DNA from: Takakia lepidozioides
Lineage: Eukaryota > Plantae > Bryophyta
DNA: 64,000 bases
Reading direction: 5' to 3'
Assembly: GCA_030704615.1 (NCBI GenBank)
Contig: CM060734.1
Location: 55,614,001 to 55,678,000, forward strand
The notes beneath the pieces are model-generated. The model worked only from the letters and a program-made list of their open reading frames with translations, made no database searches and was not told the DNA's origin. Made by a program: the position numbers and the translations under genes. Each line of letters starts with the position of its first letter. Positions within the stretch are counted from its first letter, which is position 1. Below, piece by piece: positions 63,763 through 64,000 of the stretch.

Positions 63763-64000
63763 GTAAGTCCACGACCATCTCTTTTCCTCTTATGATGGTT
63801 AATTCAAGCAATAAAATTATATGCACCAGAGTCGCCAGGCATACTTAGAGATCACCTTTTCAGACCACCTTGTGAAAGCTAGAGCAACCAAGTAGATCTC
63901 ACTGCTCTAACATCAAACAGCCACGCTACGCCCACTTTGTACATTCTGAAATCATAAACAGTCAAGGGACTCTTAGCCACAGATGCGGCTATGATAAACC

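Overview
Gene-rich nuclear DNA from a land plant, most likely a non-seed plant such as a bryophyte. This is inferred from a cilium/IFT-dynein light-chain gene, GT-AG introns and decayed PLS-class PPR genes. Apparently intact genes: PP2A B' subunit (first coding exon only), TCTEX1D2-like dynein light chain, mTERF, a two-helix LHC-like stress protein (SEP5-like), a G-type lectin S-domain receptor kinase, an intronless TIC22, glycine cleavage T protein, a GAUT1-like GT8 galacturonosyltransferase, UBL5/HUB1, and the 5' part of an inositol-monophosphatase-family gene. Between them lie decayed or mobile sequences. These include a 5'-truncated L1-type LINE and an RT-deleted restriction-like-endonuclease (CRE/R2-superclade-like) retrotransposon, which sits in an F-box gene with a perfect 8-bp TSD and has a highly structured 5' leader. 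There are also tRNA-derived SINE-like elements (two in inverted orientation), MITE-like elements, a ~2.9-kb LTR-like repeat with a 1.2-kb G-rich minisatellite, and PPR and RRP6L3-like gene fragments. Finally, there are two dispersed duplications and a miRNA-like foldback. All family assignments are from recalled motifs; no database search was run. I found no clearly supported novel system; the best candidates are the structured RNA-like elements.
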